The notes: generated from the sequence alone by a model not told the origin. A DNA stretch of 64,000 nucleotides from Lama glama (GCA_028534125.1 CM052816.1:97218001-97282000), one strand, 5' to 3'; counted from the first letter of the stretch, positions 39,373-53,416 are shown. Numbers and translations: made by a program.

Positions 39373-40971
39373 CAGTGTGAGCAAAAAGAACTAAACAGAC
39401 AACTGGCACCTTATAAGGACTCAAAGAAACACCCATTCTTCCCTTTCTCCTTTCCCCTCATGGAAGGGGACCAAACTTTAGCAGTCCAAACCCAAAACAG
39501 CTTCAGCAGCGCTTCCCCGAGCATCCTAAATGGTGCGTGCAAAGCAGCCGGGCGTGCCCGAAGAGCACCCACTATCGTATCAGGACAGAGACGGGAACAT
39601 TTATTACCTGCCCAACCACAGGCACAAAAGGTCCACTTGTTCCAACGAAGTCTGCAGAGAGGAAACACAATTTTGCCCCCAGGGAGAGCCAGGAAGCCCC
39701 TGGTTCGCTAGCCCCCACCCCTAGCCCAGTGGGATACAGACCCAGGCGTAACCCGGGGGCCACGGCTCGCTTGACTGGCGTTCTCCACCGGAAAGCACAC
39801 TGTGTCACGGGCAGTCTTCAGGATGGTTCCAGAGGAAGGCAGACCGTATAAAGATTCAGTGAATTATATTACTTTAAAACAAAGACAAATATAAATTGAA
39901 GAGTGTTGATTTTCTCTCTATAGAAAAGAAAAGCCCAGTTCTCAGTCCTACAGAGGCAACACTGACTTCAGTGAAGTGGGAGGGTCCTTGTTTTGCTCTG
40001 AATCCGGCTGCTGTCAGTCCCTGGGAGGCTCTTGCCCACCCCAGGGAGAGGCACCTGTGGCCTCCTCAGGTGTGATGAAGGGTCTTCTGCTCACGGACAC
40101 CGAGCACAAGAAGCAGCTTTCACTGCGGGGCGGGGAGTTTAACGGCGAAGTCAAAGCTCACCGCTTTCAGGCCCCAGTGGCGGCCTCCACGCTCATGGGA
40201 TGTACTTGTTTTCCCACTTAGTGAAAAAAATATATATATATTGTTTATACATGAGGGCACTTTTAGGGAAAGAATACAACTCTGAGAAAAATTTCTGCTA
40301 ACATTTTTCATTCCTTCTTCTCCCAAAATCTTACAGCGCAAATAGCCACTTTATTCAAACATGGTTGTTAATCTCTAGAAATTCATCTCATTTGCATCTA
40401 GGAAAAATACCATCTAAGCTGAAGAAAAGAGAGTACAGAGTTGAGCAAATTTTGAAATGATTTCAGAATCTCTAGGCACTGCTCAGGAGTATCAACTGTT
40501 CGCAGCCCCAGCGGGCTCGCTGAAGGGGCAGCTCCCTGGGCTCCATGGGACACACACGTGCCTTCCTCCCCAAGGACTGAGGGCAGCAGTGGGTCAGGCT
40601 GAGAGACGAGGCCCCGGCACCACTCAGGACAGCGGCCACTGGGCCTCCGGGAGCATCCGCTCCCTCCGAGGCCCCTGTAGACGTAACAGTAAAGTGGATG
40701 GTATAGGTTTTATCCAAGTGGTGGCTGAAACTAATCGTTAATTGTTTAGTAGCTGCTCGGCACACTGCCCCCCACCTGAAGAAGATGCTCTGCAGGACAC
40801 TGCTGTTTGCTGTAGTGACTGAGGATGGAGCAAAAATGGTTTGCGGGAAAGGGTGGACCGGCAGTGACACGTGCAGCTCTTGGTCCGGGCTGTGGCCGCA
40901 GCAGACCCCGCTGTCTCAGAGACTGCCCTTTGGCAGGAGGGACACACGGGTGGCCACTGGCCAAGTCTTAC

Positions 40972-41047
40972 TTGTTCCCTTAAGTCTGTCCCATCACATC
41001 TTACTGATTTCATTAAATTTTTCACTCCCATTTAATTACACGCTGGT
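40972..41047 (-). pseudogene. Candidate pseudo-exon
   Basis: gtagttttttcag|ACCAGC...GAACAA|gtaaga; strong splice sites, stops in all frames. Confidence 0.35.
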
Positions 41048-41314
41048 CTGAAAAAACTACATTTATTCTAATTCTAGAAACATATTTTCCAAAGCCCTAA
41101 CAAGAAAAGTGCTCCAATCTGGGCTCCAGATCCTAAGAGCTGACTCCCAGCTTTGGTCTCCAAATAACGTGCGTGCTGTCAAATTGTGTTTTATTAAATA
41201 TCTTTAGTATAAGGTCTTATTTTGCTTCCAAGTGTCCCTTTTCTCTTTCCTTGTTTTAAGGGATCATTAGCTCCTTTCCCTAAAGCTATTAATACATGCC
41301 CTTATAACACCTCC

Positions 41315-41815
41315 NNNNNNNNNNNNNNNNNNNNNNNNNNNNNNNNNNNNNNNNNNNNNNNNNNNNNNNNNNNNNNNNNNNNNNNNNNNNNNNNNNNNNN
41401 NNNNNNNNNNNNNNNNNNNNNNNNNNNNNNNNNNNNNNNNNNNNNNNNNNNNNNNNNNNNNNNNNNNNNNNNNNNNNNNNNNNNNNNNNNNNNNNNNNNN
41501 NNNNNNNNNNNNNNNNNNNNNNNNNNNNNNNNNNNNNNNNNNNNNNNNNNNNNNNNNNNNNNNNNNNNNNNNNNNNNNNNNNNNNNNNNNNNNNNNNNNN
41601 NNNNNNNNNNNNNNNNNNNNNNNNNNNNNNNNNNNNNNNNNNNNNNNNNNNNNNNNNNNNNNNNNNNNNNNNNNNNNNNNNNNNNNNNNNNNNNNNNNNN
41701 NNNNNNNNNNNNNNNNNNNNNNNNNNNNNNNNNNNNNNNNNNNNNNNNNNNNNNNNNNNNNNNNNNNNNNNNNNNNNNNNNNNNNNNNNNNNNNNNNNNN
41801 NNNNNNNNNNNNNNA
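41315..41815. other. Assembly gap
   Basis: About 500 N. Confidence 1.
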
Positions 41816-42741
41816 AATGGTCACTAGAAATAGACAGTGTGTTGGCTGTGAGCATTATTTTCATATTCTCTTTTATATCTGTTGTTATTAAGCCTTTCTG
41901 AGTAGCATGCATTATGCTATTTTTCCAGCTATATTTGGGCTGAAGAACTAAGACTCTTACACTCAGGTAGGGTTCAAGTCCAGTATCACAGCCACATAAA
42001 ATTGGAGGAGAGAGTTTGAGAGCCTTTGATCCTCTTGGAAGTGCTCACCAGCTCACTGCAAACCAACTGGAAGAGGCAGGTCTAGAAGATACTCAAGATC
42101 TTGATAGAAAGTTTCTCCCACAAATTAAGTCACTGAGAGCACATCTTCCCTAGAATAAGGGAGAGCTGAATTCACCACGCAGAAACCCAGACGTATGCTT
42201 CTTGGCTTAGAGGCTGCAAATCTGAAACTGATGGGCAGAAGGCAGTCTTGATGAACAGGTTAGAATAACAAAAAAGAGAGAAGACATAGGGCTTCCAATA
42301 TTCAGAACTCTGCAGAAAAAGACCACACAAGCCTCCCCCCACAGAGAGCTACAGTTCACTCTGTCCTGTGGAGGGGTGTGTGTCACACGTTCGCTCTCTC
42401 ATCCAGGCCATCTCAGGCTTCAAGCACATGGGAGAACCTTAGCTCCCAGGGCCTAGTTCCTCTTCACCACGAGGAGCGAGGGGACCAAGTTGTATGGAAA
42501 GGAGAGAGCTGCTATTTTCATAACTCAGCCCATTTCCCCAGCACCCAAAATGGGGCCAGTCATTTTACTTCCATTGTTGCCTTATTCTGCAGGCCATTTC
42601 TGCAAAGTAATACGAGCAGACATTTCTCTCTCCACTCTGTTTCACAGAGCTTCAACCCCAATTCAGCATTCACCTGTGATTACTAAATACCTCTGTTAGA
42701 GTTAGTCTCTGTCTGGTCCAAACCACCCCCTGCCCTACCAC

Positions 42742-42872
42742 CTGCTGGACCAGTGATGTCTGGATGATTACATCTGATATTTTGTCAACTAATCGATGAT
42801 TAACTGAACCACACATCTTCACTAATACCCAACAGAAGTCTTTGTCTTCTTCGTCTTTGTAAGTCCAGATGG
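42742..42872 (-). pseudogene. Candidate pseudo-exon
   Basis: agctttccattcag|CCATCT...CAGCAG|gtggta; HLDLQRRRRQRLLLGISEDVW. Confidence 0.3.
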
Positions 42873-44429
42873 CTGAATGGAAAGCTAATTGTCCCAAAGA
42901 AGTGCCACTGTTTCAGAAACCCAGGGGACCAGGTGGTCCAGGACTGTCCAAGAGGCTTAATCAATGCTGGTTTCTGTGTCTTCCTAACCCCCTCTCCTAA
43001 ATATAATGACACATAAGCAACAGAAGAACACATTTTAAGTGCTGTGTCTCAATGCTTTTCAAAAATTTTAGAAGCATGTAATTATTAACTAATTAAAACT
43101 CAAATTTTATTAGCCTTGAATCAGCTCACCTAAGATTCTGCACTAAGCAATATATAATTTGCCTAATTCTGGTGATTTCAGTGGACTCAAAAGTGGAAAA
43201 AAAAGATATTTGAATGCACTTTAATTTCAATTTCCCATCAATTTGGACAGATAATCTCTAATCTGAATCAATGAAATTTAGTTTCATTTAAACACTATAC
43301 ATAATTCTCTTCACTTATCATCACTTTATAGGTGACACATTTAATCCATATCCATTCATTTAAAAATGTAAGAGCCAACAAGTGCTCAGATTCAGTGAAC
43401 AAACATGACCAAAGCTATCAGACACTCAGCCTGTGCAGCTCAGTTTAAGACGAGATGATACGCCACATCACTGCACACAAGTGAGATGAGTGTACCTCTT
43501 GAACTAACAGCCTAAGAGAAGGGATGTTTGCCTTTGCTGGGTACATGGGGTATGCTTACTGTTACCTCACTGGCAGTTTGCCTCATGACCTACTTGTGAC
43601 CCCCCTTTATAACCAACATAACAGTAGATAAATTAGAATTAAGCAAAACAAGCACAAAATACCCTGCCAATTATGACTGAGTAAGAGGACACCCTATGAA
43701 GGTAATGGACTAATGGGGGTATCAAAGGTACATGGTACCCGAGGGGCAGGTTTGCAGAGGGCAGAGCAGTAACAACACAGGGACAGCACGGCCAATCCCG
43801 GCGTGACCTCAAACATGGTATCCATAGGTGCGTCCACAGAGAAGGGATGGACGGCAGAATCCTGCACAGGCAGCCACAGCCTTCAAACACGGGAGAAAAA
43901 CAATGAACGCTGCGATTCTCAAGGTCTATTTTGATTGCCTTTTATAGTGAGACCAAAATATGTTCCACAGAGTCACACTGTGATTAAAAAAGATAAATAA
44001 CTGCTTGGAGGCATAACTGAAACCTCTGTGAGCAGGAAGACAAAAAAAAATTCCTATTACAACCTAAACTGGATGTCCCATTACTAATATGAATCACAGT
44101 GGGGGGTGCCTGGCAGAAGCTTCCCTTCTGATAGAACAAAAGGCCAAAATGTACTTTAAAGGTAGCACCTCCCCAGAGTGTGCTCTTGGGTTACCTCAAC
44201 CAGCCTCTTTCCCCCACTACTGTGTATCTTCCTGTAGTATCTGTACTGTGGGGACACAAACACACGTTTTAACCACGGCCACCAGACCCTGACTTCTGGG
44301 CAGTTTCAACCAGAGAGAACAGACATGAGGTCTGCCCAAATCACCAAGAGGCATCTCAGCTCTCCCTGATGCGCAGGACTGAGCAGCTCCTCCTAGTCAG
44401 CAGCGTTCAACGACCCCCGCCTCCCATCA

Positions 44430-44823
44430 AAAGGAATGAGCTGTGTATCTGCGAATCCCAAACTCCCAGCGTATCCCTCCCCGATGTTTCCTCTTCGGTA
44501 ACCGTAAGTCTGTGAGTCTCTTCCAGTTTTGCAAATCAGTTGACTTGTGTCCTACTATAAACAGACTAGAGAAACCACAAAGTCCTACCGTAGAGCACAG
44601 GGAACTGTATTCAGTGACTTGTAACAGCCTATAGTGAAAAAGAGTATGAAAAAAATTTTATATATGTATATGTGTGTGTAACTGAATGTAACTGAATCAC
44701 CTTGCTGTACACCAGAAACTAACATGACACTGTAAATCAACGGTACTTCAATTAGAAAAAAAAGCAAAGAAACAAACAAACAAAAAACCCTCAGAACAAA
44801 TGAACAGACGAAAGGAATGGGCT
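44430..44823 (+). mobile_element. 5'-inverted L1 insertion with target-site duplication
   Basis: Antisense L1 3' UTR piece (44443 to ~44551) then sense piece to an A-rich tail; flanked by aaaggaatgagct and aaaggaatgggct. Confidence 0.85.
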
Positions 44824-44834
44824 TTGCTATCCTT

Positions 44835-45215
44835 GTGTGTTAAGCTGCTCAGGTTGCCGTAACGAAGTGCCACAGACTCAGTGGCTTAAAGGACAGAAAC
44901 TGGCTGTTCCGATCATCGAGGAGGCTGGGAGTCTGAGGTCGAGGTGCGGGCAGGGCTGTTCTGTCCCGAGACCGCTCACCTGGTTTGCAGACGGCCACCT
45001 GCCAGCTAGTTCCTCACACGGCCTCTTCTTCACGCAAGCTCGTATGCCCCTGGGGTTTCTCTGTGTGTCTCTTTTTCTTATAAGGACACCCTCCTCATGG
45101 CCTCATTTCAGCTCAGCCACCTCTCCAAATGCCCGATCTCCAAACGCAGTCACATTGTGAGGTACTCAAGGCTGGGGCTTCAGCATATGTATTTCGGGAG
45201 GGCACAAACAGCAAA
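44835..45215 (-). mobile_element. MLT1 MaLR LTR
   Basis: tgtgttaagctgctcaggttgccgtaacgaagtgccacagactcagtggcttaaa. Confidence 0.8.
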
Positions 45216-45284
45216 CAGCAACCTGCTGGCAAGGGTTTTTTGGGGGGGGCACTTTGTGGACATGATTTCACTCATTTTTTCTCT

Positions 45285-45610
45285 TCTAGTTGTATTGAGA
45301 TAGAATTGACATACAGCACTGTGTAAGTTTCAGGAGTACAGCACAGTCATTTGATTTCCCTGCATCATGGGGTGATTACCACAGCAAGTGTAGTGAACAT
45401 CCATTTTCTAATAGGCATAAAAAATTAAAGAAATAGGAAAAAGGGTTTTGCTTGTGATGAGACGTCTAGGATTTAATCTCTGAATAGCCTTCACATACAG
45501 CGTAGAGCAGTGTTGGTTATACTTAGCATGGAATACATTGCATTCCCAGTATTCATTTATTTTATAACTGTTCGTTTGCACATTTTGGCTGCCTTCCCCC
45601 ACCCCCACCC
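45285..45610 (-). mobile_element. L1 3' UTR fragment
   Basis: tattgagatagaattgacatacagcactgtgtaagtt. Confidence 0.8.
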
Positions 45611-45889
45611 CTACACTCCAACATGCTATTGAGTTTTAAAGACAGATTATTTATAATTCACCAGAAAATTCACTTAAAAGTTAAAATCTTCATTCCTTAT
45701 AAATTGGGGGCCCGTAGTTCTTTCGCAGACATGCCCCATACTGCCGATATTGATTTAAGATGAACTGAGATTAAGACATTCATTAAATGACTTCATTCAA
45801 CAAATATTCATTGAGCATTTATTTCTAATCAATTTCTTATACTCCACCCAAGAAATTAACTTCACTGGAATAAATGCAGTCAAACCAAC

Positions 45890-46095
45890 CAATAAGAAAC
45901 GTCAACAGAGCGAGCCGGCAGACATGGGTGATGCAAAGCAGGCTTCTCACGAGAGGGACAGGTGAGGCTTCAGTGGCGGCCGTGGCGCCTGCCATCAGGG
46001 GCCCCGCTAGCCAGCCAGACGTACGGGTGCTTGTGGGTGAAGGAAGACTGTTGAGGAACTGAGCGCACTTCCTCCAACATTACTGTAGAATTTTA
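45890..46095 (-). pseudogene. Pseudo-exon, RGS 'FL.P.AP..L' motif
   Basis: tttctttgttttttgcaag|TAAAAT; WRKCAQFLNS and VFLHPQAPVRL in adjacent frames; donor TATTG|gttggt. Confidence 0.5.
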
Positions 46096-46865
46096 CTTGC
46101 AAAAAACAAAGAAACCTACTGAAGAGGTCCCTGCATTTTCCTGTTTCACAATGCCCACAGCGGCTCAGTGATATTTTAGCAGCATTCCTAGGCCAGAGGA
46201 GATAGCTAACAGTCTTGTGTGCTAAGCAGACAGGTCTAAACAATGTGAATAGTCCTCCCTAACAGCCGAGGAGTTGTTGGAAGAAAAATCCAACACTGGA
46301 CCTTACATTTTATAATATAAAACAAAATGTTATTGTATATTATATATATATTTATGGTAAAATATTATATTTTTATTTCATTCTTAAATAGCCACTTACT
46401 CTGGGACTTACTCTGGGCCTTCAGAGGTCAGTGTGCTTGCTGAGCGCTGCTTAACTGCACAAACCCTGGATTATTCTGATTCAACACCACTATTCACATT
46501 TCCTGTTCTCTCTTGATTTCCACAGACTACAGTTTTTTTTTTTTTTTGGTCACAACAATGCCCCTAATCCAGCTTGACAACAAAAGGAATGCCCCTTGAA
46601 AATTTAAAATATCCTGGGGTGCCTTAGCACATGGTTTGGGAACCACATCTCTAATGACCTACCGTTTAACAACAGCAGCAAAAATACGTTAGTTAATTAA
46701 ACAGAATTAAAAGTGTTACTCAGATCCTGATAGGAGTGCTATTCTCTTTTCTCTTTAACGAATTCTAAGAAGGCACACCTGATTAGACCAAAAATACATG
46801 AGACTTGCCGGCAGAACTATCGCGCAGAGTTTTAGAAGACGCAGCCCAGAGAAGCTGGGTTTAAC

Positions 46866-47091
46866 CTTCTGGGCTAAGGTCTCCTGTGTGTCGTTCGGGA
46901 TGGCAGCTCTTTCCTCCCCGAGTCCACTTGTCTTCCTTGGGGACCAGAAGCAGCCATCAGATACATCCTATGAGTCTACTTTTAGTCCAGGTCTCACCCA
47001 AAAAAGACAGCATTTGCAAAAGAGGCAAAGTTTCAAGAAATGACAATTTACAAAGGTTTCCAGAGGGTGGGCTTCACACACACTGTTTCAG
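46866..47091 (-). pseudogene. Pseudo-exon, RGS 'F..FL....LFW' motif
   Basis: cttattttcttgatcag|CTGAAA...CAGAAG|gttaaa; LETFVNCHFLKLCLFCKCCLFWVR. Confidence 0.45.
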
Positions 47092-48249
47092 CTGATCAAG
47101 AAAATAAGAGTTAAAGCCCCAGTCCTCATCTGGGGCCATCGTGATCACATTTTAAAAATCCCTAGTGTCTTCCAAGTCTAAGCGCATTTCTGTGATGAAT
47201 TAGCATGCCTCCTGATGGTGTGGCGCAGTGCTGCAAGCCAGGAAGGAAACAGCAATCCGCCCCAGGCTGCTGAAACTCCAGAGCAAATGTACAAAGTTAA
47301 AAACACTCCCTTCCATTTTCCAGTGGACATATTACATAATAAACCTGCCCAATGAAAACCAAGAGGCCAATTGTTAGATGAGCGGTCCAGAGGTACTAAA
47401 TTTTTAAGGCCAGTAATAAGAGAAGAAATCTGATTTCACAATTAATGAAATTCCCTTTATTTTGTCCCATGTATCAACCAGGCACTAACCAATTACAGCA
47501 ATCTTTACTATCTCACAATTTAACTATTTTGAGAAACAGTTTAATGCCTTTCAAAAATTTGCAAGGCTTTTTGGAAAATGAAATTACATAGAAGCAGCAA
47601 AGAAGTTAACTGACATGTGTTTAAGAGACAAAGAGAGCAGTCTGAGTAATGATCTCGGAAGAGACGGGCCAGGCAGAACTTCCGGTGATCAGGTGGTCCT
47701 GATGGGAGTCTCTGCCCTCATCTGAGAAACTGAAATGCTGCGCTTGCTCCAGGAAATAGTTTTCACACCTTAAGGATTTCTATAGGCAATCACTGCGCTG
47801 AATGACGCTGATGAGAAGAAACCGTGCTCGGCATCAGAACCACATGGAAGCCAAATTGGAATGAAGGAAACAGTCTGATTTTAGAATATGCATTTAGAAA
47901 TTTCTTTGTTTCCATGAAATTTGACAACCAAATTCTACCACTTGCAAGAAAAACACTTCTTAACTCTGATGAATCAGCAAACCCCACAGCCTGGACCATT
48001 CTTTTGTTCATCAACTGTCTCCAGGCAACAGGGATTCCAGGCTCCAGTTCATTCCTGGTCACTTCTGTCATCAATCTCTCCCTCTGAACCACTCCTGGCA
48101 GGAAGCAAGCCCGCTTCTAACCAAACAGTGCCCTCCCTAAACACACACAGCCCTGCCTTCTCCTTTATTTCTCATTTTCCTTTAGAGCCAAACCTCAGAG
48201 GCTTGTCTGCTTAGGCTCTTCCCACTTCCTTGCCCTCTGCCCTGACTCT

Positions 48250-49370
48250 CCGTATTCCATTTCGAACTATGTCGTAACCTCCAGAAGCCCCTGAAACGAC
48301 CCTTGTCAAGGGCACTGGTAACCTACAACTTCGTCAAACCCATCAACACCTTTCTGCCCTCCCCTTACTGTGAGTCCTGGGCACTGTCCTCGCAGCAGCT
48401 GATCCCTTTCTCCTGCCAAGAATCTCAGTCTCTCTCGGCTTCCTTGACCCCACACTCCCTGGGGTCTGGCCGTTCCGCTGACCCGGCCTTTCCTGACTCA
48501 AACATTACACTCTTCAGGGCTCTGCTAAATCTCCTTCCCTTTACTACCCCTCCAGCTTCTCCCTTGCAGCATCACCCACACAGATAGCGGCTTCTTCAAC
48601 GTCATCTAAATAGCACTTATTCCCGAAGTAGATCTCCAGCCCAGACCTCCACCTGCAGTCTAGACTCAGAAGAGCTGCATCTCTACTTTAATGTCTACAC
48701 TGAACTCTTTACACGTCTTGCCCTGGTCTTCACCTTCAACTTCCATTCATGCCCTGTCCCCCAATTCCATGCAAGGTGCTGTACCCTCCTTTGGGGTCTT
48801 CCAACTTGCTCATCTCTCCAGGCTCAGGGCCTTTGCACACACAGCTCCTTCCGCCCGCGGAGCTCCTTCCTGCTCCTTTTGTTGGGTGGGACCGTCTTAG
48901 GCCTGGCTTCCACGACAGGTCCTCCCTGAGCGTGCTGAGTGCCTCTGCTGTCCACCAGCCCTGCACTCCAGCACCACTTGCCCCCTAAAGGTAACAGTTT
49001 TTGTTTACTCATCTGCATATTGCTCGTCACTCTTGCTTTGCTCTTGGGCCCATGAGGGCAGAGAGCCCATCTGTTTCATTACCTTAGGTGTATATTGGGT
49101 AATTCACACAAGGTTTATCATAAGCTAAATTATTATCCTTGGTAAATATTCTTTGAATGAATGAATATAATGCCTCATAGCCACATGATTCACTGCGTCA
49201 GAAGATCCTCATTCACAGACTGAAAAAAATTTTTTTTCTCATTCAACAAATATTACTGAGGGCCCACTATGTGACAGAAACTGTTCACGGTGCAGGGACC
49301 ATAATTTTAAGCAAACAAAAAGGACAAAAATCCTTGTCCTCTTGGAACTTCAGTTTAAATATCGTTTTTG
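48250..49370. mobile_element. L2 fragments (sense body plus antisense 3' end)
   Basis: agggcctttgcacacacagctcc; tgaatgaatgaa tail; cattcaacaaatattactgagggcccactatgtg. Confidence 0.65.
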
Positions 49371-50411
49371 GCCTTGGACCAGTCCACTCCACTTTCCTGC
49401 CTTTGATATTTGGGAAGAAAGCTTCGTAATTGCTTTGTAAGATGTTATCCTTAACAGCAGGGTTACACTTTGACATATACCTGACGTCCCTTCGGTAAAC
49501 CCATGCAAATAATACCTGGGACAGACATGAAGAATTTGAACCCAAAACTGTCCCATCAGAGTTAATCTGAAAAGGATGCAGATACACGTTTCATCACCTG
49601 AAAGAGAGTGCAATTCTTGCCATATTTGACTGTGATCTGTTGGCTGAACTAAAACATCTAAAGAAAAGATACGTCCAAGAAAGGAAGGACGTGAGTGGGT
49701 GGTGAAGATGTTAATTCTGGAAGCACAGAAAGAGGCCAGTCTCTGAGGAAAACAGGGGTGTCTAGAAGAGAAGGCATCAGGACAAGTCTGTGGATTCTAG
49801 GATCTGGCCCACCTGGCGGGTGGAGCCCTCTAGTGGACGTGCATGGTCTAGGCTTTAGGAAATGGATTCCTTAAGTCATACATTCTCAACAGAGGTCACA
49901 GCATCCCCAAGAGGGCAAACACTGGTTCTTGGGGAAAGCCAAAAATAAAAATAAAAAATTGCTCTGTAATGCATGGCAGAGATGTGCACACATCACATAA
50001 ATAAATATGCAATATACCTGCGGTATTAAAATTTCATGTGGGGTTGATTAAGAAAAAGAAATCTAAAAAACCTCCTTAAGTAATGGAGAAATGTCGAGAA
50101 ACACTGCCTCAAACATATAAATCCCCACTCCACCTGCGCTATCACCATTCATGGGTGCCCTTCAGATAAGGTGGCTTCAAAGGTGAGAGTTTTATACAAC
50201 CAGCTGGTCTATCTGAAAGGCATAGTCCTCATGATAAATGAATAAATTGGCATCCTGGGTTTAAATAGCCTTCCTTCCCACTTTGGTTAGAGCAAGTCAG
50301 CCTGCCAATTTTGGTAAAGTCGGGATTATTAACAAGGTCACACTTCAGGGCTCTTCAAACCGAGGGCCACTCCCTGCAGCGGAGCCAATGCCCCCGGTGG
50401 ACAGAGGCTAC

Positions 50412-50460
50412 CTGTGTAAACAGGCTTCCCCCGGAGACACATCTGTCTGATTACATCATT
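50412..50460 (-). pseudogene. Pseudo-exon
   Basis: tctcactttgcag|AATGAT...ACACAG|gtagcc; NDVIRQMCLRGKPVYT. Confidence 0.4.
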
Positions 50461-50666
50461 CTGCAAAGTGAGACCAGTTAATGACCCCATCAACCACAGA
50501 TTAGAATCCACCCATTTCAACCTTTGTATCGTTTCCATTTGGTAATGTACACAAATTACACACAATTCTGTACCGATCTAATGAAAACATCACCATAATA
50601 GACAAATGCAAATTTCATGCACAAACTATGCTGTTTAGAGAACCAGAGAGACTTATATTTTAAAAC

Positions 50667-50717
50667 CTGCTGTCAAGTATAAGTACCAGATATATCTGCT
50701 GATTTTGCTGTTAACAA
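50667..50717 (-). pseudogene. Pseudo-exon, RGS 'I...YL' helix
   Basis: ctttatcttgcctttccag|TTGTT...GCAG|gtttta; KISRYIWYLYLTAG. Confidence 0.45.
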
Positions 50718-51614
50718 CTGGAAAGGCAAGATAAAGCTTCAATAAGGCTCTTTCCTCACCAGAGCTCAGGGCATCGCAGTTCTGAAACAGGCTGTGGGTA
50801 AGAATCACCTGGCGCTTTGAGAAGATGTGGACGTGCCCAGACCCCACGCCTGGAGAGTCAGTTGCTTATTATTTTTTTAACATAAATCTCCCCAGGTGAA
50901 TATACTGCGCATTACCTTTGGAGAAACGAATGTCAGATTAAAAAGTAGATGATTAAACTCGAATCCTGCCGGAACAAAGAAGCAATTCAAGTGGAGAGAA
51001 GAGCTGAGAATTTAATAACGGACTGAATAATGGCTAATGCTAACGAGGGCGAGCTTCCCACAGGAGGGGGGGCTCTGCTATTCAAACTGAAGGTGTGAGG
51101 TGTGGTGTAATTATTTAAACCAAAGACACCCTTCTGCTCATTCAGGAGGGCTCCCGCGCTGATTAGTGGAGGGAGAGGAACACTGCGGTAAGAGGACTAG
51201 AAAATTAACCCAGACAAAGCTGAGGCTGAGTGGCGGGCTTTGGTGGGGGAGAAAGAGAAGGAATCAGATGGGTAAGAGATGGGCCAAGGCCAACCTCAGG
51301 TCCTCACATCTGAACAGACAGTGGGATTTCAGAGGACCCTCAGTGACCGGTGAACTGAGGTCGGAACAGGGGTGGCAGACAACGTGTGCACAGCGTGACA
51401 TCAGAGAAGGGTTTTAGGGAGGACGGGTTTCCCAGAGACCGCTAAGGAAGTATTTTTAAACGCACGCTTTCAGAACTGGAGCACTCCTACTGTGGTGTGC
51501 GCATGCGTTCCGTTTTGAAGGCAAACAGCAAACGTTCAGTAGTTTCTAAGACAAATGGAAAAAACAGAAATCATCTAGTGAAAACTAGTTAATAAACCAG
51601 CATTCTGAAGTCAC

Positions 51615-51767
51615 CTGTCATTCTCTGTACCCGTGTCAGAGCAAGTCAGCATCCCAAGGCTTGAGAGCATTTGGCTCAGCAAATCTGATGAAGTTTGGAT
51701 TAATAAGGAGACCAGACATCAGAGCAGCAAAAACGCTCCCAGGTGGAGCCTTCGTTAATAAAAATTG
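51615..51767 (-). pseudogene. Pseudo-exon, possible RGS N-terminal helices
   Basis: tgcag|CAATTT...GACAG|gtgact, 153 nt; SVFAALMSGLLINPNFIRFAEPNALKPWDADLL*HGYRE*Q. Confidence 0.4.
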
Positions 51768-53377
51768 CTGCATTTCAGTGATCATTGACCAAACTTAGAT
51801 TTAAGTGTGAAATATCTCCTTCATAAATAATAATTATATACTTTATTCATTTTGCATTCATGGATGATTAATCAATTAACATAGATACATATCTGCATAG
51901 TCTTTTTTTCTGGGTTTCTCCCTCATTTTCACCCTCACATCACTGTCGGATGCAGGTCCACAGTAGCCTACGAGGACACAGTCCTGGGTGAGCTTCCCCT
52001 GCAATAAAGGCAGGGGCCGTACCAGAGCCTACGAAGTTCTCTCTTACACACTCTACTAACAGCAGTAAGAAAACACCCATGGGTACGCTCATACACACGG
52101 CACAGGACCCCCCCCCCCAAACAGCAGTCTTCCCCAGGCTTAAGGGCAGCCTCAAAACGACTGCACTGGAGCTTTCTGTCTGCAGAGGCGGCCACTGATC
52201 CGTGTTCAAAACAGCACTAACCTGTGTGTTTAAAGGAAAAAATCCTGCAGCCTGGTAATTTATGTACCTTGGAGTTAATTATTGCCTACTAACTTGATAG
52301 CTGTTCTTATCAACCTGGCGTCAGACGAGATGACAGTTGTAGACGGTGTGGTGAGGACAGGTAGGGACCAGGATGGGGGGGCCACACAAGCACTTTGAGG
52401 GAGCGGCAAACTCTGCTGGTCAGCTGGTCACGACATTTCCCACCCCCTCCCTTTTTCTGGGTACCTCCCACTGCAGAGGCTGGAAATCCACACATTTGCA
52501 TCCCCAGGTTCTTCTATACCTGGGAGTGGCAGTGGAACCAGATGTGAGTGAAGCTGGCTTCAGAAGACAAAGAGCTGTCTGTCAGCTTTTAATTTTGTAA
52601 TAAAAAGGGGCAGATGCAATTAATGGGAAACTTCCACTTTCCTATTCCATCTACTTGCTTTGAATGTAGACGAAATGGCTGGATCTGTGGCAGCCTCCAT
52701 ATGACTGTGAAAGAAGAGCCAGTGCATACCTGCAAACATTGGTCTTGATTTCATTAATCTGCAGGACCATGGTCAGTAGTCCTCTACTGTTGGATTTTTT
52801 TTTTTAATTTTTGAGGCAAATAAATTCCCATTTGTTTAAACCTCTGTAGTCTGATTTTCTGTTTCCTGCAGCCAAATGTAAGGCTGACTCATACGATCAG
52901 GACAGCCAATTGAGTCAGCAAACACAGCCTTTCCTATGCTGTAGCGTAAGCTTCTGTCATACGCAGTTTTATGAGTGTATTTGGTGTAAAGCAAATGAAT
53001 AAGTCGACACCACACATAAAAGCTACGTATGGAATATACCGTAAGTAGGTTGGCAAACTAATACGAGAAGGGATTCAGATCAATCTGAGAAAATTAACCT
53101 CTTTATGGTAATGTACGGCACCACCTAAAGGAGGCTTCTTGAAGGTAGGCCTTGGGCTAAGTCTTAAAAGGTAGGAATGACTTTGCACCATGTATGAAGG
53201 TCTGCAAGCTGAGAAGCAGAGGCAAAGCTGGCCAACTGGGCAGACCTGGAGCGCCCCGGGCAGAGGGACTGGTCAGTGGGAACAGAAGGCACATTCTTTC
53301 CCTCCAGGAGTTGACTATATGGTTATCATGGCAGAATAAACTCAGAAAAAGAAAACATTTTGTTCAGGTACCATTTA

Positions 53378-53416
53378 TGATGATGATGATGATGATGCTG
53401 ATGATGGTGATGATGG
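53378..53416. repeat. (GAT)n microsatellite
   Basis: Imperfect tgatgatgat run. Confidence 0.9.

Noticed and set aside
41222..41912. Long ORFs of 185-207 aa
   Set aside because: Artefacts of the N gap.
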